A stretch of DNA of 64,000 nucleotides from Guillardia theta CCMP2712 (lineage: Eukaryota; Protista; Cryptophyta), in contig NW_005434578.1 in NCBI RefSeq assembly GCF_000315625.1, forward strand, positions 87,501 through 151,500. Direction: 5' to 3'. The notes under the pieces are model-generated. The model was not told the origin of the DNA. It made no database searches and saw nothing but the letters and a program-made list of their open reading frames with translations. This document shows positions 23,027-33,723 of this stretch, piece after piece (the first letter of the stretch is position 1; the number at the start of each line of letters is the position of its first letter). Both the position numbers and the translations under genes were made by a program.

Positions 23027-24034
23027 ATGCCCGAGAATCGTCAACTGCTCCTCCGTCGCCGTCCCTCCGCTGCTCTCAGCCAGAAGGATGTAGAGATCGT
23101 CTCCAACGCCACTCCCAGCCTCAAGGATGGCCAGTTCCTCGTCAAGAACCTCTATGCCTCCGTCGATCCTACTCACAGGATCTGGATGTCTGAAGACGAC
23201 CAGTACCTTGCCCCTGTTGATCTGGATGCTCCCATGAGAGCGATGACGTATGGTGTGGTAGAGGAGAGCAAGAATCCTTCCTTCCCTGTGGGAGCTCATG
23301 TGTTGGGCATGGGCGGCATTCAGCACTACTATGTTGGAGACCCCGCTGCTGACCCTGGCTTGACTGTTGCCAAGGAGATCGAGGGACTTCCAAACACCGC
23401 ATGGCTGTCTGTGTGCTCTGTGATCATCGGGCTTACTGCATGGGTTGGAGTGAATGAGATCTGCAAGCCCAAGCAAGGAGAAACTTTTGTTGTTAGCGCT
23501 GGAGCCGGAGCTGTTGGCTCACTCGCCGGACAGCTTGCTAAGCTGCGTGGCGCACGTGTGATAGGGTTTGTGGGATCTAAGGAGAAGGCCGATTGGATTG
23601 TGAATGAGCTTGGATTTGATGGCGCGATCAATTACAAGACTGATGACATGTTGACGAGGTTGAAGCATCTTGCTCCCAACGGCGTTGACAGCTACTTTGA
23701 TAACACGGGAGGCCCTTCGACCGAGGCTGTTCTCCGCTGCTTCAATAACAATGCTCGCATTGCCCTCTGCGGCATCATCTCGGGCTATAACACGGGAGAC
23801 TTTGCGCTCAAGAATTTCCAGATGCTCCTCCATCGTCGTGTGAACTTGCAGGGCTTCATTTGCCTCGACCACCTCGACAAGTACGAGCAGGCCCTTGCGG
23901 AACTTATCCCTTTGGTAAAGGACAAGAAGATCAAGTACCTGGAAGATATTCAGACTGGCATCGACAACTACCCTGACGTTGTGAACATGTTGTTTGAAGG
24001 ATCCAACAAGGGAAAGCTCATGCTCAAGTTCTAA
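23027..24034 (+). CDS. NADP-dependent oxidoreductase (MDR; prostaglandin reductase/alkenal reductase/CurA family), intronless
   Basis: VKNLYASVDP, GLTAWVG, VVSAGAGAVGSLAGQLAK, GFDGAINYK, GVDSYFDNTGG, RIALCGIISGYN and GSNKGK. ATG at 23027 with TATAAAAG about 45 nt upstream. Confidence 0.93.
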   Translation: MPENRQLLLRRRPSAALSQKDVEIVSNATPSLKDGQFLVKNLYASVDPTHRIWMSEDDQYLAPVDLDAPMRAMTYGVVEESKNPSFPVGAHVLGMGGIQHYYVGDPAADPGLTVAKEIEGLPNTAWLSVCSVIIGLTAWVGVNEICKPKQGETFVVSAGAGAVGSLAGQLAKLRGARVIGFVGSKEKADWIVNELGFDGAINYKTDDMLTRLKHLAPNGVDSYFDNTGGPSTEAVLRCFNNNARIALCGIISGYNTGDFALKNFQMLLHRRVNLQGFICLDHLDKYEQALAELIPLVKDKKIKYLEDIQTGIDNYPDVVNMLFEGSNKGKLMLKF

Positions 24035-24351
24035 GAGTTGTACCTGGATTTGTATCGACGAAATAAAGATTTCCATACACATTTGAGCGATTGCAAGGAC
24101 AGTGTAGAATATGCCTTTGAGAAGGAAAATTCTGATTCGTATTGTGGACGAGTCTACACCTGACACAGGTCAGATCTACCCTGAATTCAAAACATGGCGT
24201 GTATGATATCTGAGAGGAGGCTCGCGAACTTACAGTGTAGGAGGAAATATGTACAAACCTGTTGCAAGGTCTGGGCAGGCTGGAAACACTTGTTGCTGAT
24301 CTTCTCGGTTGGCTTGTGGGTCTGAACGTCATAAACCAGCCGGTCACGACT

Positions 24352-24398
24352 GAGAAACTAGGCCCGGAGTGGAGAAACTAGGCCCGGAGTGGAGAAAC
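24352..24398. repeat. short 20-bp tandem duplication
   Basis: GAGAAACTAGGCCCGGAGTG twice plus a partial third copy. Confidence 0.7.
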
Positions 24399-25329
24399 AA
24401 AGAGAGGTAGAGCTTTTACAGGGAGCAGTCTGAGAAGTGCTGTTATGATACGACGACGATTATCGAAAGACTGGATAGCGGAGACCGATGCGATCTTCTG
24501 AGGAAGGGTGTTTAGTATAGAGATGACAACTACAATCGTACCGCACGTACATGTTCAGCGCTACCCTGCATGACGTCCGATTTCGTACAAAGTTTGAAAC
24601 TTTGAGGCAAGCTTCAGTCTGTTGAGACTGTAGCTTGCCTTCATGAGTTTGACGATGGTTGATAGATACCCTTACTGACTTTTTGGCCTGGCACTGCATG
24701 TGCCACGCGGACCTTCGCCAGAAACTCGCGTGTTTTCAATTTCTTATATGGATTGAGCAAGAAGATTGACCTCTAGTGAGACAGGCTAATGCCTCGAATC
24801 AAGGTACCTTGTTGGTTATGTACAGAGTGTCAGAGTCTAATCCAAGCACTTGTTTCAAACCGATTTTCACTTGTCATGGCATGCCTAAGAGGTTGTTGTC
24901 CATAACAACAAACATCAAGCTCACTAAAAATTGAAGACATGCCTAGTTTAACACAGTAGTCTTAAGCACGGATTTGCCTCTGTTAAGCAAAGGCGCCTGG
25001 AATAGAATGGTGGCACGGAAGGCTCATGCATTACCGAGAGTATTCGATGCTGCAATCAACGAAGTTTTCATTCAATTCACTCCGTCAAGTAAACTCTTAT
25101 TCATTAAGACGCCGAAGAACTTATTTCGATAGAAAAATAACGTATACCATCTCATTTACAGTGATCCGGGAATCAGCCAACTGCAAACTCTGTGGAACAT
25201 GAAATGAACCTGATATCTACAACCACACCATTCTGTTGTTCCTTTTTGTGTTCCTCCGCGCCAAAGATGTCGCTCTCGCATGGGTCGAAACACTCTTTCT
25301 TGCCCTAAATGGACTTGTTCTAGCATCGT

Positions 25330-25797
25330 CTACTGGACCGAGCAAGCATCCTTTTGCTTGGATAAATCGCGCCAAGGAAACTTGTCTCCATAAGGGTCTT
25401 CAAGGATCACCTTGCGGCCCTGCTTCGAGAGGATCTTGCCATCCCGTGGATCGACCAGTACCAACAATGGCATGCTATCATGGCCAATCTCACGCTCTAT
25501 TGCCTCTTTGATGTCCCGCTGACTGAAGGGCAGCGCGAGCCATGGCATCTGGTGAAAGTAGTGCTGGAAGTCCCTTTCGGTCCGATCCCCAGAGATCAAG
25601 ATCACCTCCATCTTCTTGCCCTGTGAGTTCATCCGGGAGTAGACGTCGATCAGCGAGGGCGTGAAGCACTTGCAGGGTGTGCACCATTCAGCAGAGAAGT
25701 AGAGGCCGACCACCTGCTTGTCTTGGAGAGTGTCGAGTGGAACGAGGGATCCTCTGGGGTTCAGGAGACACGTATTTTCGCCGAAGAATCTTTCCAT
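25330..25797 (-). CDS. nucleoredoxin/tryparedoxin-like thioredoxin
   Basis: GLYFSAEWCTPCKCFTPSL...EVILISGDR...MPWLALPF...FPW. A short extra 3' exon below 25330 is possible. Confidence 0.9.
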   Translation of the reverse strand: MERFFGENTCLLNPRGSLVPLDTLQDKQVVGLYFSAEWCTPCKCFTPSLIDVYSRMNSQGKKMEVILISGDRTERDFQHYFHQMPWLALPFSQRDIKEAIEREIGHDSMPLLVLVDPRDGKILSKQGRKVILEDPYGDKFPWRDLSKQKDACSVQ

Positions 25798-26149
25798 CCT
25801 GAGAGTGTAGAGGTAGAAGGCTCTGTCAGACGTCGGAGAGGGTAGTCGGAGGAGCTGGAGAGGGATGGGAGGATGCGTGTAGGTGCTGGAGGGGATGGAA
25901 GGAGCGCGTGGGGTGCAGGCGGAAGAGGCCTTCCGATGTATTTAGAGGGAGTTTGCCTCTTACTGAGAGGGTATTTTTTCAGTCATACGGAGGGGTGGTA
26001 GTGTCGCTGAACGCAACTTTCAGTGCCCCGTAATAATGACCATTGTTGACGCCTCAGACCCACCCCTCCTTTGGTAGAGCTGAAACACTACAACGCAGGG
26101 GTCAGTGCAAGAGGAATTCTGCTCAGGGAAACCGTTGAATAATTGATAA

Positions 26150-26835
26150 TAAAGCCTGTGACTGTCGGTGGCCGGGAGCGGGATCCGCGGCTCAGCTGCC
26201 GCCAGTCACCCGCGGCGGCGGGCGGCGGCCGGGGCCCGGGGCAGCCCGGCCGGCACTCAGCGGCGGCGGCGCCCGCCGTCCGTCTCCGAGTGACCCGCCG
26301 GAGCCCGGGCTACGGTCCCGATCACGCCAGTGACTGACGGACGGTGCAGCCGGCCGGGATGCCGGGTGGCTGGCGGACCGTCTGAAGGCCGCGCAGGCTA
26401 GCACCCGGGGGCCCCCCGGCCCCGGGCCCGGCGCCCGGCCCGGGGGGCCCGGAGTGACGACCGACGGTGCGCCGGCCCTGGCAGGCTGACTCGGAGCCTC
26501 GGAGTGGCACGACCAACGCCGTCACGCCGGTGGGCCCGGGAGTCAACGGCCCCAGTGGAGGGCCCCCGGGCCCGCCTCGTACTCCCGGGTCCGGCCGGGA
26601 CACTCGGAGGCTCCGAGGCTCCGAGTCCTGATTGTCCTCCGGGAGTCCAGGACTCACTAAGTCACTCTGCGGCGGCCCCTTCCGTGAGTCGCAGTGAGCC
26701 GCAGAGCGGCCGGTGCCACGCCGGTGACGGTGAGCCGGCCCGGCCGGGCGGCTGCCGCTGGCCAGCCTCCGTGCCCGAGGCCCGGGGGCCGGGCCCGGCC
26801 GCCCGGGGCCCGGCCAGCCGGGGCTGACCGTACAG
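26150..26835. repeat. GC-rich palindromic-word island 4
   Basis: Same composition as the other islands; lies between divergent nucleoredoxin and PDZ genes. Confidence 0.75.
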
Positions 26836-27030
26836 TGGCGCCTATGACCTGCACCAAATTAAGCCTTCTTTTTGCAAATTGGTAGTACGTTTTGTACCAG
26901 GAGTTCAATTCTATATTTATTTAATTTGAGTGGTTTGTTTGGTAGCGCCTTTCCAACACAGGGGGACATGAAGTCGATGGCGCGATGGTGGGGAGTTGGC
27001 GGCAAGGAGAGAGGGCGACGGAAGGAGGCG

Positions 27031-28378
27031 ATGGCGGAACAAGATAGCCATCATGCAAACTACCATCCCCCTTCATCTGCTCTCCGCTCCTCGTCTTCGT
27101 CTCTTCATGTCCATTCCGCCTCCCATGGACCTGCCCAGCTCGCGGGAGTGGGGCTGGTAATAGGGAAGCGTAAGCAGGGGTACCTTGTGAAGGACATCTT
27201 GCAAGGGACAGGGGCAATGCTAAGCGGGATGCGAAGAGGGGACCTCATCGTGCAGGTACGTATCTCGACCACTTGGTGTCATCGACACTTGCTGGCTCAG
27301 GTTTGCGTTGATTCTCTAGCAGGTCAACGAGAGGGACGTGGGTCCTTTGAGCCTGGAGGAAGTGACTAGTGCGATACTCGGACCCGTTGGGAGCATCGCA
27401 AAGTTCAAAGTTATGAGGAATGCGCATGAACGGAACGTGCTGTTGGAGTTCCTCGTGCTGCGGGAGCTCAGAGCTACTCAGGACCCCCTGTTTCAGATCA
27501 AGTGCGAGGGCAACAAGGTGACGAGGTCACACCTCCACCTCCAGTGCGCGCAAGATGGAAGTACGAGAAGTTCCGACAAGAAGAGAGAGGGAGAGAAGAA
27601 GCCAGAAGAAGAGCTAGAAAAGATGGGAGCAAGAAAGATGAAGACAAGCCTAGGGGCAGGGGAAGATCCAGAGACAGAGATAGAGATACAGATTGAGGAA
27701 GAGACAGAGATAGAGACAGAGATAGAGACAGAGATAGCGGAGGAAGTAGGTGGTAGTCTCTTTGCTTCTGGGGTCGGCGAACTTCCTCCTTCTTCAACTT
27801 GTGGTGAGATCACTCCGGATCCACCCTGGGACGGCCATTGGCCTGTTTCTGGAGCCAGCAGCCTCGTCGACGTCGGTGTGGATGTGCTCGTGCTCGAGGA
27901 GTGCGGAAGCTCGTGGAAGGCCTGCCGGCTGCAGCTGACGCGAGAAGGAAGACTTGTGCTTCCTGGGCACAGTCTAGATGGGAAGCTGGTGGTATGGGCT
28001 CAGCCGCAGCTGGAGATGTACCGCCCCGACATGTCGAGAGAAGACTTCTCGATGATGGGAAGAAGGATGTGCGTGATGGTAGAAGGGGAACACCTCATCG
28101 CACACAGCCGCCATGGTGCGATCAATGCAGTGAAGGCTGAGAGGTTGCATGTGATGGCGTTAGACTCGTCGACACGGGACAGGTACAAGTTTGCTTTCAT
28201 GATTGTTGTCCTGCACTCCTTCATGTTTTATTCCTTCTGTCTTCTGTCGATCAAGTGATGCATCTTCTTATTGGTTTGCTACCTCAGATATGTTGAGGAA
28301 TTCATCGCAGTGGTTCAACGCCGTGAGCTGGGAGCGCAAGGTAGCCGAAAGCACTCAGGATGTTATGCCCCTCTGTAG
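27031..28378 (+). CDS. PDZ-domain protein with a possible PH-like C-terminal domain, multi-exon
   Basis: GVGLVIGKRKQGYLVKDILQGTGAMLSGMRRGDLIVQ / VN...LSLEEVTSAILGPVGSIAKFKVMR is a PDZ domain. SWKACRLQLT...LHVMALDSSTRDR / YVEEFIAVV is PH-like. Termini approximate. Confidence 0.65.
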
Positions 28379-28488
28379 TGAAGGAGCAGCGCAATGGCAA
28401 CCACAGCAGATCAGCAGCGAATGTGAGACGATGCCACAAACAACATGAGAGTGGGTGGCTTTGTGCTTGGGAGTTTCATTGAGATAGT

Positions 28489-31400
28489 CTACTTGCTCGT
28501 CTTTGATACAAGGAGTGAAAGAATACCGTTAGCTGTCAATTGAATGGAGCATGATCGTGATAGAATCATCTGCAGTCAAACGCTCAGTCTGCTTGCCTTC
28601 CCTTCCTCTCTTCGGTCACCTGTAGCACTGCATGGTCGATGTTCTTTACGGCTGAGTTTTGTCCGAGCCTGTGATGAAGCGCCATGCAGACAGCAAGATG
28701 TCTCTGCGCGCTAAGGATCAGGATCGATTCATGCTACAAGACATGCAAGACGGCAATCTTGAAAGAGATGTGCAGTTCGTCAAGTAGACCCGCCCACTCT
28801 TCGTGTAGCTCCACATCTCAATTTGCTCACCTCGGTGAAGAAAGAGAGTCTCCAGTCGCTGTTGTTGGTCCCCGCAAATGAGCTCCATGTATCGCGCCAG
28901 ACCTTAGTGAAGTTTTAGAGACCTGCCGACTGACTCCCCTCCCCCTCGCAGCTTCTTCTGATGTTCCTCTCCCCATATCCTCTCACCTGTGGTTCACACT
29001 TCCTGGCTACGATGGAGCTCAAGGCTGATGTCACACCCTTCCTGCTGCATCGGCGAGTCAGGCAAGACGCCGGTAAACACAGCAACTCACTTCTTGAGAC
29101 CGAACGACAGAGAACCATTATCGACCTGTAACAAGTCAATCTACTGCCAAGTAGATTGCAACTCCTTGATTTACCTCCAGCATTCTGCCGATCAAGATGA
29201 TAGTGAGAGCGACTTCTTCATCGATTCCAACCAGGTTTTGGTGTCGCGTGAGTGGTTGATTTAGCCATCGCTTCAGCAATCTCGTGAAGACTCTGCTGGT
29301 CTCCCTGTGGCTCACCATGTGCTTCCTGCTCACCGTCTCACGGGCCTCAACATCTCTCGCCGCAACTTCACCTGTTGCTGATGTTTGAAGATATTCTTAC
29401 AAGCGGTTTCAAACATTCTCGAACAGCCCAAATCACATCCTGGCCCTGTGACATTGTCAGACGCGATCAAGTGAACAAGCACGCAATTGAGACGAAGCAA
29501 GCAGACAAAGAAAGAAAGGGGGCAAGGTGAAGATTCAGAGCGACAACTCGCTTCAGTCAAAACACTCATCGTCAGCATGCCGTGGACTAACCTCCCCCCT
29601 TCTCCCTTTGACTGCACATCGCACTAGACGCACGACGGTCGTAAGCACAGCTGGGTTCGCCTGTCAAGTATGGGATGAGTGTCGGCAAGGAGACGTCAGG
29701 GCTCGAGACCTCAAGCTCCGATGGATCCTCAGCCAGGTTCGACAGCGCCATGAATGCCTGCAGGTCATCATGAGCACAGGAGCATACTGGCTCACGTCGG
29801 TAACCTCAGCTCTCATCGCATCGTATTCCTTCCCTATCTCATTAGAGTTCAGCATCTTCTCCAGACACTGCACAATCCCTCCCTGACGCTGAGGACAAGG
29901 CAACACAGTCAGTCCCCGACACTCTGGGTCAGCAAGGGCTCACCAGCTTCGGAAGGACTTTCGGATGGTCGCTGAGGCTGATCACTGCAGCAAGTCCCGC
30001 ACTTCTGTCCGCGCTGTCTGTCCAGGTCGACAAGCTCTGCACAAGGAGGTCGCACAAGTTGCGCAGCATCCCAGGAGTCTCGACGATCCTTTCTGCTGCT
30101 TCTGCTCCTCCTCCAGCAGCAAAGTTGTCTGCGCAGTTTGCAATCACCATTGCAGCAGTATCCTGCGTGTCAGGTTGAACGTCTCCAGTAAGCAGATCTC
30201 GGATTGCTCCCAGCATCCCGTCGCATCGCACGATAGCCAACTTGTTGTACTGATTTTGCATAGCAAGATGCACCAGCGCCTGACAAGCCACCTCCCGAAT
30301 CTCCTCTAGACTCTCAGGGGCACTGGGTTGCGATGAAGGCCCAGGAGCGCTCATGGCATTTAGAAGCCCCTCCAGAAGGTTCGGCGTGGTCCCAAGTCTA
30401 GTCGAGTTCTCAACATGATTCTGTGAGAGCCCGGTTATCGCAGCACACGCGGTGATCTTTGCAGCAGCATCCCCACGGTACAGCAGATCGCACAAACCGT
30501 CAGTGATGGCTTTCGACTTCCCCAGTAGATCTCTCCTCCTCCAGGCCTTGGATTTCATCCTCGAGCCACACACTGTGTACTTCTCATGATGGTCATTTCT
30601 TGACGATGGGCCATCTTGAGTATGCGCACACGACATGGTGATGCACTCTTCCGCGACGTTGGGCGATGAAGACGAACTCGATGAGATGGAGGCAGGATGA
30701 TTGTGCGATGTTGAGGTCACCGCTGCTGTTCCATCCGACAATGCATTGTCCTCACCAGTGCTTCGCTGTGAATCAATCTCTCCTAGAAAGGCATTCAAGT
30801 TTGCTTCGCCTTCAGCTATGCTTTCAACGCTGTCTATGCTGTCTGATCGCTGCCGATCGGTGTTGCTACTTTCAGCCCGTTCCCGCTCTTCCTCCCTATC
30901 AATCGCTTCACAGATGGTCACTACTTCCTCAGCAGCCTCGGTGGCATCTTCTAAAGTCCTCAATTGAATCTTGGCCTCGATCTCATGCACTTTATCTTGC
31001 AACCTTTTCATCACTTCGTCGTCCTCCCCAGTCCACAACATGTTTGTTCCAATCCGAACGAATACCCAGTCGCCATCGATAACCCATCCTTCTTCACCCG
31101 CAAGCTCTCCTTCAAGATCATTGTCGTTTACCTCATCATCATACTCGAAGTCGCTCTCACCATCAGTGGTCATTGCTGCTGTGTTGCCCGCGCCTGTGTT
31201 TTGAACAGGGGGGGGATCAGCGTGATGAGAGGCATGTTGCCCCTGGGCTGACCCATAACTTTGATCGTGGCCTCCAGCACTGCCCAGATCATTTGCATGT
31301 GATCGGTCGTGTCTGCTCGTGCTGTTCATCCCCGCATTGGTATGAAAGTTAGTCGCTGCGAGTAGTAGGTCGTCATTCCATGCCCCAACACTCCTCGAGC

Positions 31401-32040
31401 CTGTTGCAAAGAATTCCTCATCCACGAAGCTGTCATCGAAACGCATACTGCTGTAGTCCACCCTGCTTGTGCTAGTGTCAACCCCGTTCCCTGGCGGGTC
31501 TGCGACATCAGCTTGTCAGTACAAAGCAGGCGAGGCCGCTGTGACGTCACCTTGTATCGTGAGGGATGGTGCAACACATCCGTATCGGATTTGGTTTTGC
31601 ATACACTCAGTACTTATGTACTCACTCTGCCAGTCAGTGTTGGGGTAAACGGTGCCATTGCTCTCGTCCTGCGCGCTCAAATGTTCCTTGAGAGCTTTCA
31701 TGATGGGATCATGAAACTCAAATCGATGTCCAGTCTCATTTCTCTCCTGACCATGGCTTCTGCTTCCATTGATCCGACGCGTTGATTCATGGTAGCTTGT
31801 CCAACTCTGCCCCGTATACCCCCGCGGACGGTGTGAACCCTGCTCAACACCAGTCCACGCCCTGCTCGAACCCTCACGTCCTCCAGTGAGCCTCCAGTTT
31901 CCCTCCGTTCTCGCCAGTAAGTCATCATGATCTTCCATCTTTAACTCCATCTCCTCCACCTCCCCTCCTCCTCGTCCTCGTCCTCCTCCCTCCTCCTCCT
32001 CTCCCCCTTGCTTTCCCCGCAGCCCCCCGCGCCACTCCAT
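28489..32040 (-). CDS. armadillo-repeat protein with acidic N-terminus and C-terminal LHxRLG/F-box-like motif, multi-exon
   Basis: ARM-like helices in the 29929..31461 exon (KITACAAITGLS, REVACQALVHLA, QDTAAMVIANCA). Further exons run to HLAVCMALHHRLGQNSAVKNIDHAVLQ / MILSR...* with the stop at 28489-28491. Start uncertain. Confidence 0.7.
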
Positions 32041-33011
32041 GCTGCCTGACGGGTTCGCTTGGACGGGGGTAGGGTAGGCTTTGATGGAGTCTTTGTAGGT
32101 GAGGGTACTTCAAAGGACCCAGTGAATTCCCTTCTTTCAGCTTTCAGAAGGGGGTGGTAGTCCAAGAATGCTGAGAAGGGGTGGGTATGTTGCTGAGTGA
32201 TATTGTATGTCGACTGGCACTACAAATACACGAAAAACTTTAAAATCACGAGTTTTGAAATTGGAAATTCCTCGGTACAGTGAAATAAAATATATTTTGA
32301 AAAATGTACCTGAAAAACTGCACAAAACCCGAGTTGTTGATCTCATGGTCGTAACTTCAGTAGGATTTATCGTATATATCTCTAAAACTCATGAATAAGT
32401 ATTTTATCAAATAAATTCGGTAATGCTGATTGCTTGAATTGGCTCACTTATTTACAGACGAAGGTACATTTAAATATATTGTAAATGATCTACGACTGCC
32501 AAGCATACCGCAATCAAACAATATGTACAAGAATATAAAACTAAGTATATAAATTTAAAAGACAATTTACATGTCACCTTGGATGGGTGACAGAAATTGT
32601 CAGCCCCGATAGAAAGATGTCGCAAACGCTCTATCTATGCGGAGGGGAACATGCATCCAAGATCCTTGCGATAGTTTCTTGCCTTGACCCAGCATGCTGT
32701 GTTGCTCCTTTGCATCCTATCAACAGTCCTTGCACCGATCGTTGTTGTCCGTCCCATTGAACTGTACTTTCCTTTCAGCCTCTTGAAGGGCGCGATGCGT
32801 CCCACACTGATCGATCTGTGCCGAACCCTTCTTACATATCATCTGCTCGAATGCTTCGTCCCATCCCCGTGATCTGCATGATATGCATGGAAGCAGGGTC
32901 TCTGGTTGCAAGTGTTCTCTCACTTGGAAGCGAAAGGAGCCGACGTACCTGCGACGCTTACTCCTTTCGCAGGCTGTAAAATGGTTCGAGGTTGAGGGGA
33001 CTCCAGCTCAC

Positions 33012-33492
33012 ATGGACACAGAGCGTGCAGACACTTCTCTGCATCCAGGTGATGTGGCCTCGGCTGAGGACACCGCAGCATTGCCAGACACTGATGGAGG
33101 TCGGTCGTCCTTCTTTGAGGGTTCCTCCAGTCAACTTCCTGCAGGAGAGCAGCGACGGAATGTCGAGCTGCGAACGCGGATGTTCCATGTGAGAGCTCAA
33201 AGATGAGGAAGAAGCTCGGGTGATATTGTGCAGTTCTTGAAGAACGCGAGGGACTGGGAAGTGCATCTGTCCTGCTATGAAAACAGCAGAGTGCAGGGCA
33301 AGTTTCAATCTATGGATGCCAATCAGGCACTACTTTTACGCGACATGTGGTGGGAATGACTTGATCTGACAGGATCAGATCGTTCTCTGCAGTCTGCAGA
33401 CTCCAATCGGAAAGTATCCCAATGCGATCGTCAGGGCGTCCGATGTTGTTGCGATGGACTTCACTCCATCAACGACCCCAGCTCTCCCTTGA
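33012..33492 (+). CDS. GEMIN7: Gemin7-like SMN-complex Sm-fold protein
   Basis: Spliced: ...EQRRNVELRTRMFH / FLKNARDWEVHLSCYENSRVQGKFQSMDANQ / DQIVLCSLQTPIGKYPNAIVRASDVVAMDF. LQTPIG...A..R.SD is the Gemin7 signature. Introns 33189-33233 (GT-AG) and 33327-33372 (GC-AG). Confidence 0.8.
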
Positions 33493-33723
33493 AAGCATGA
33501 TGTACAATGTAATGTTACCAACTAAAACTCCTCCCCAGCCATGGGGATCAGCGGGAAGTGCAAGTTGAAATCTCATTTGTTCATCATGTTCTCCATATTA
33601 TAGTACAGGCTGAGAGAACACTAGCCGCCTGCAGGTCGTAGGCGGCGCCTCCTCCCTGAATGTTCATCATTACACCATCACGATGGCATCAACAAGAATA
33701 AAGCTCGCCTGAGGGTTGGCATG

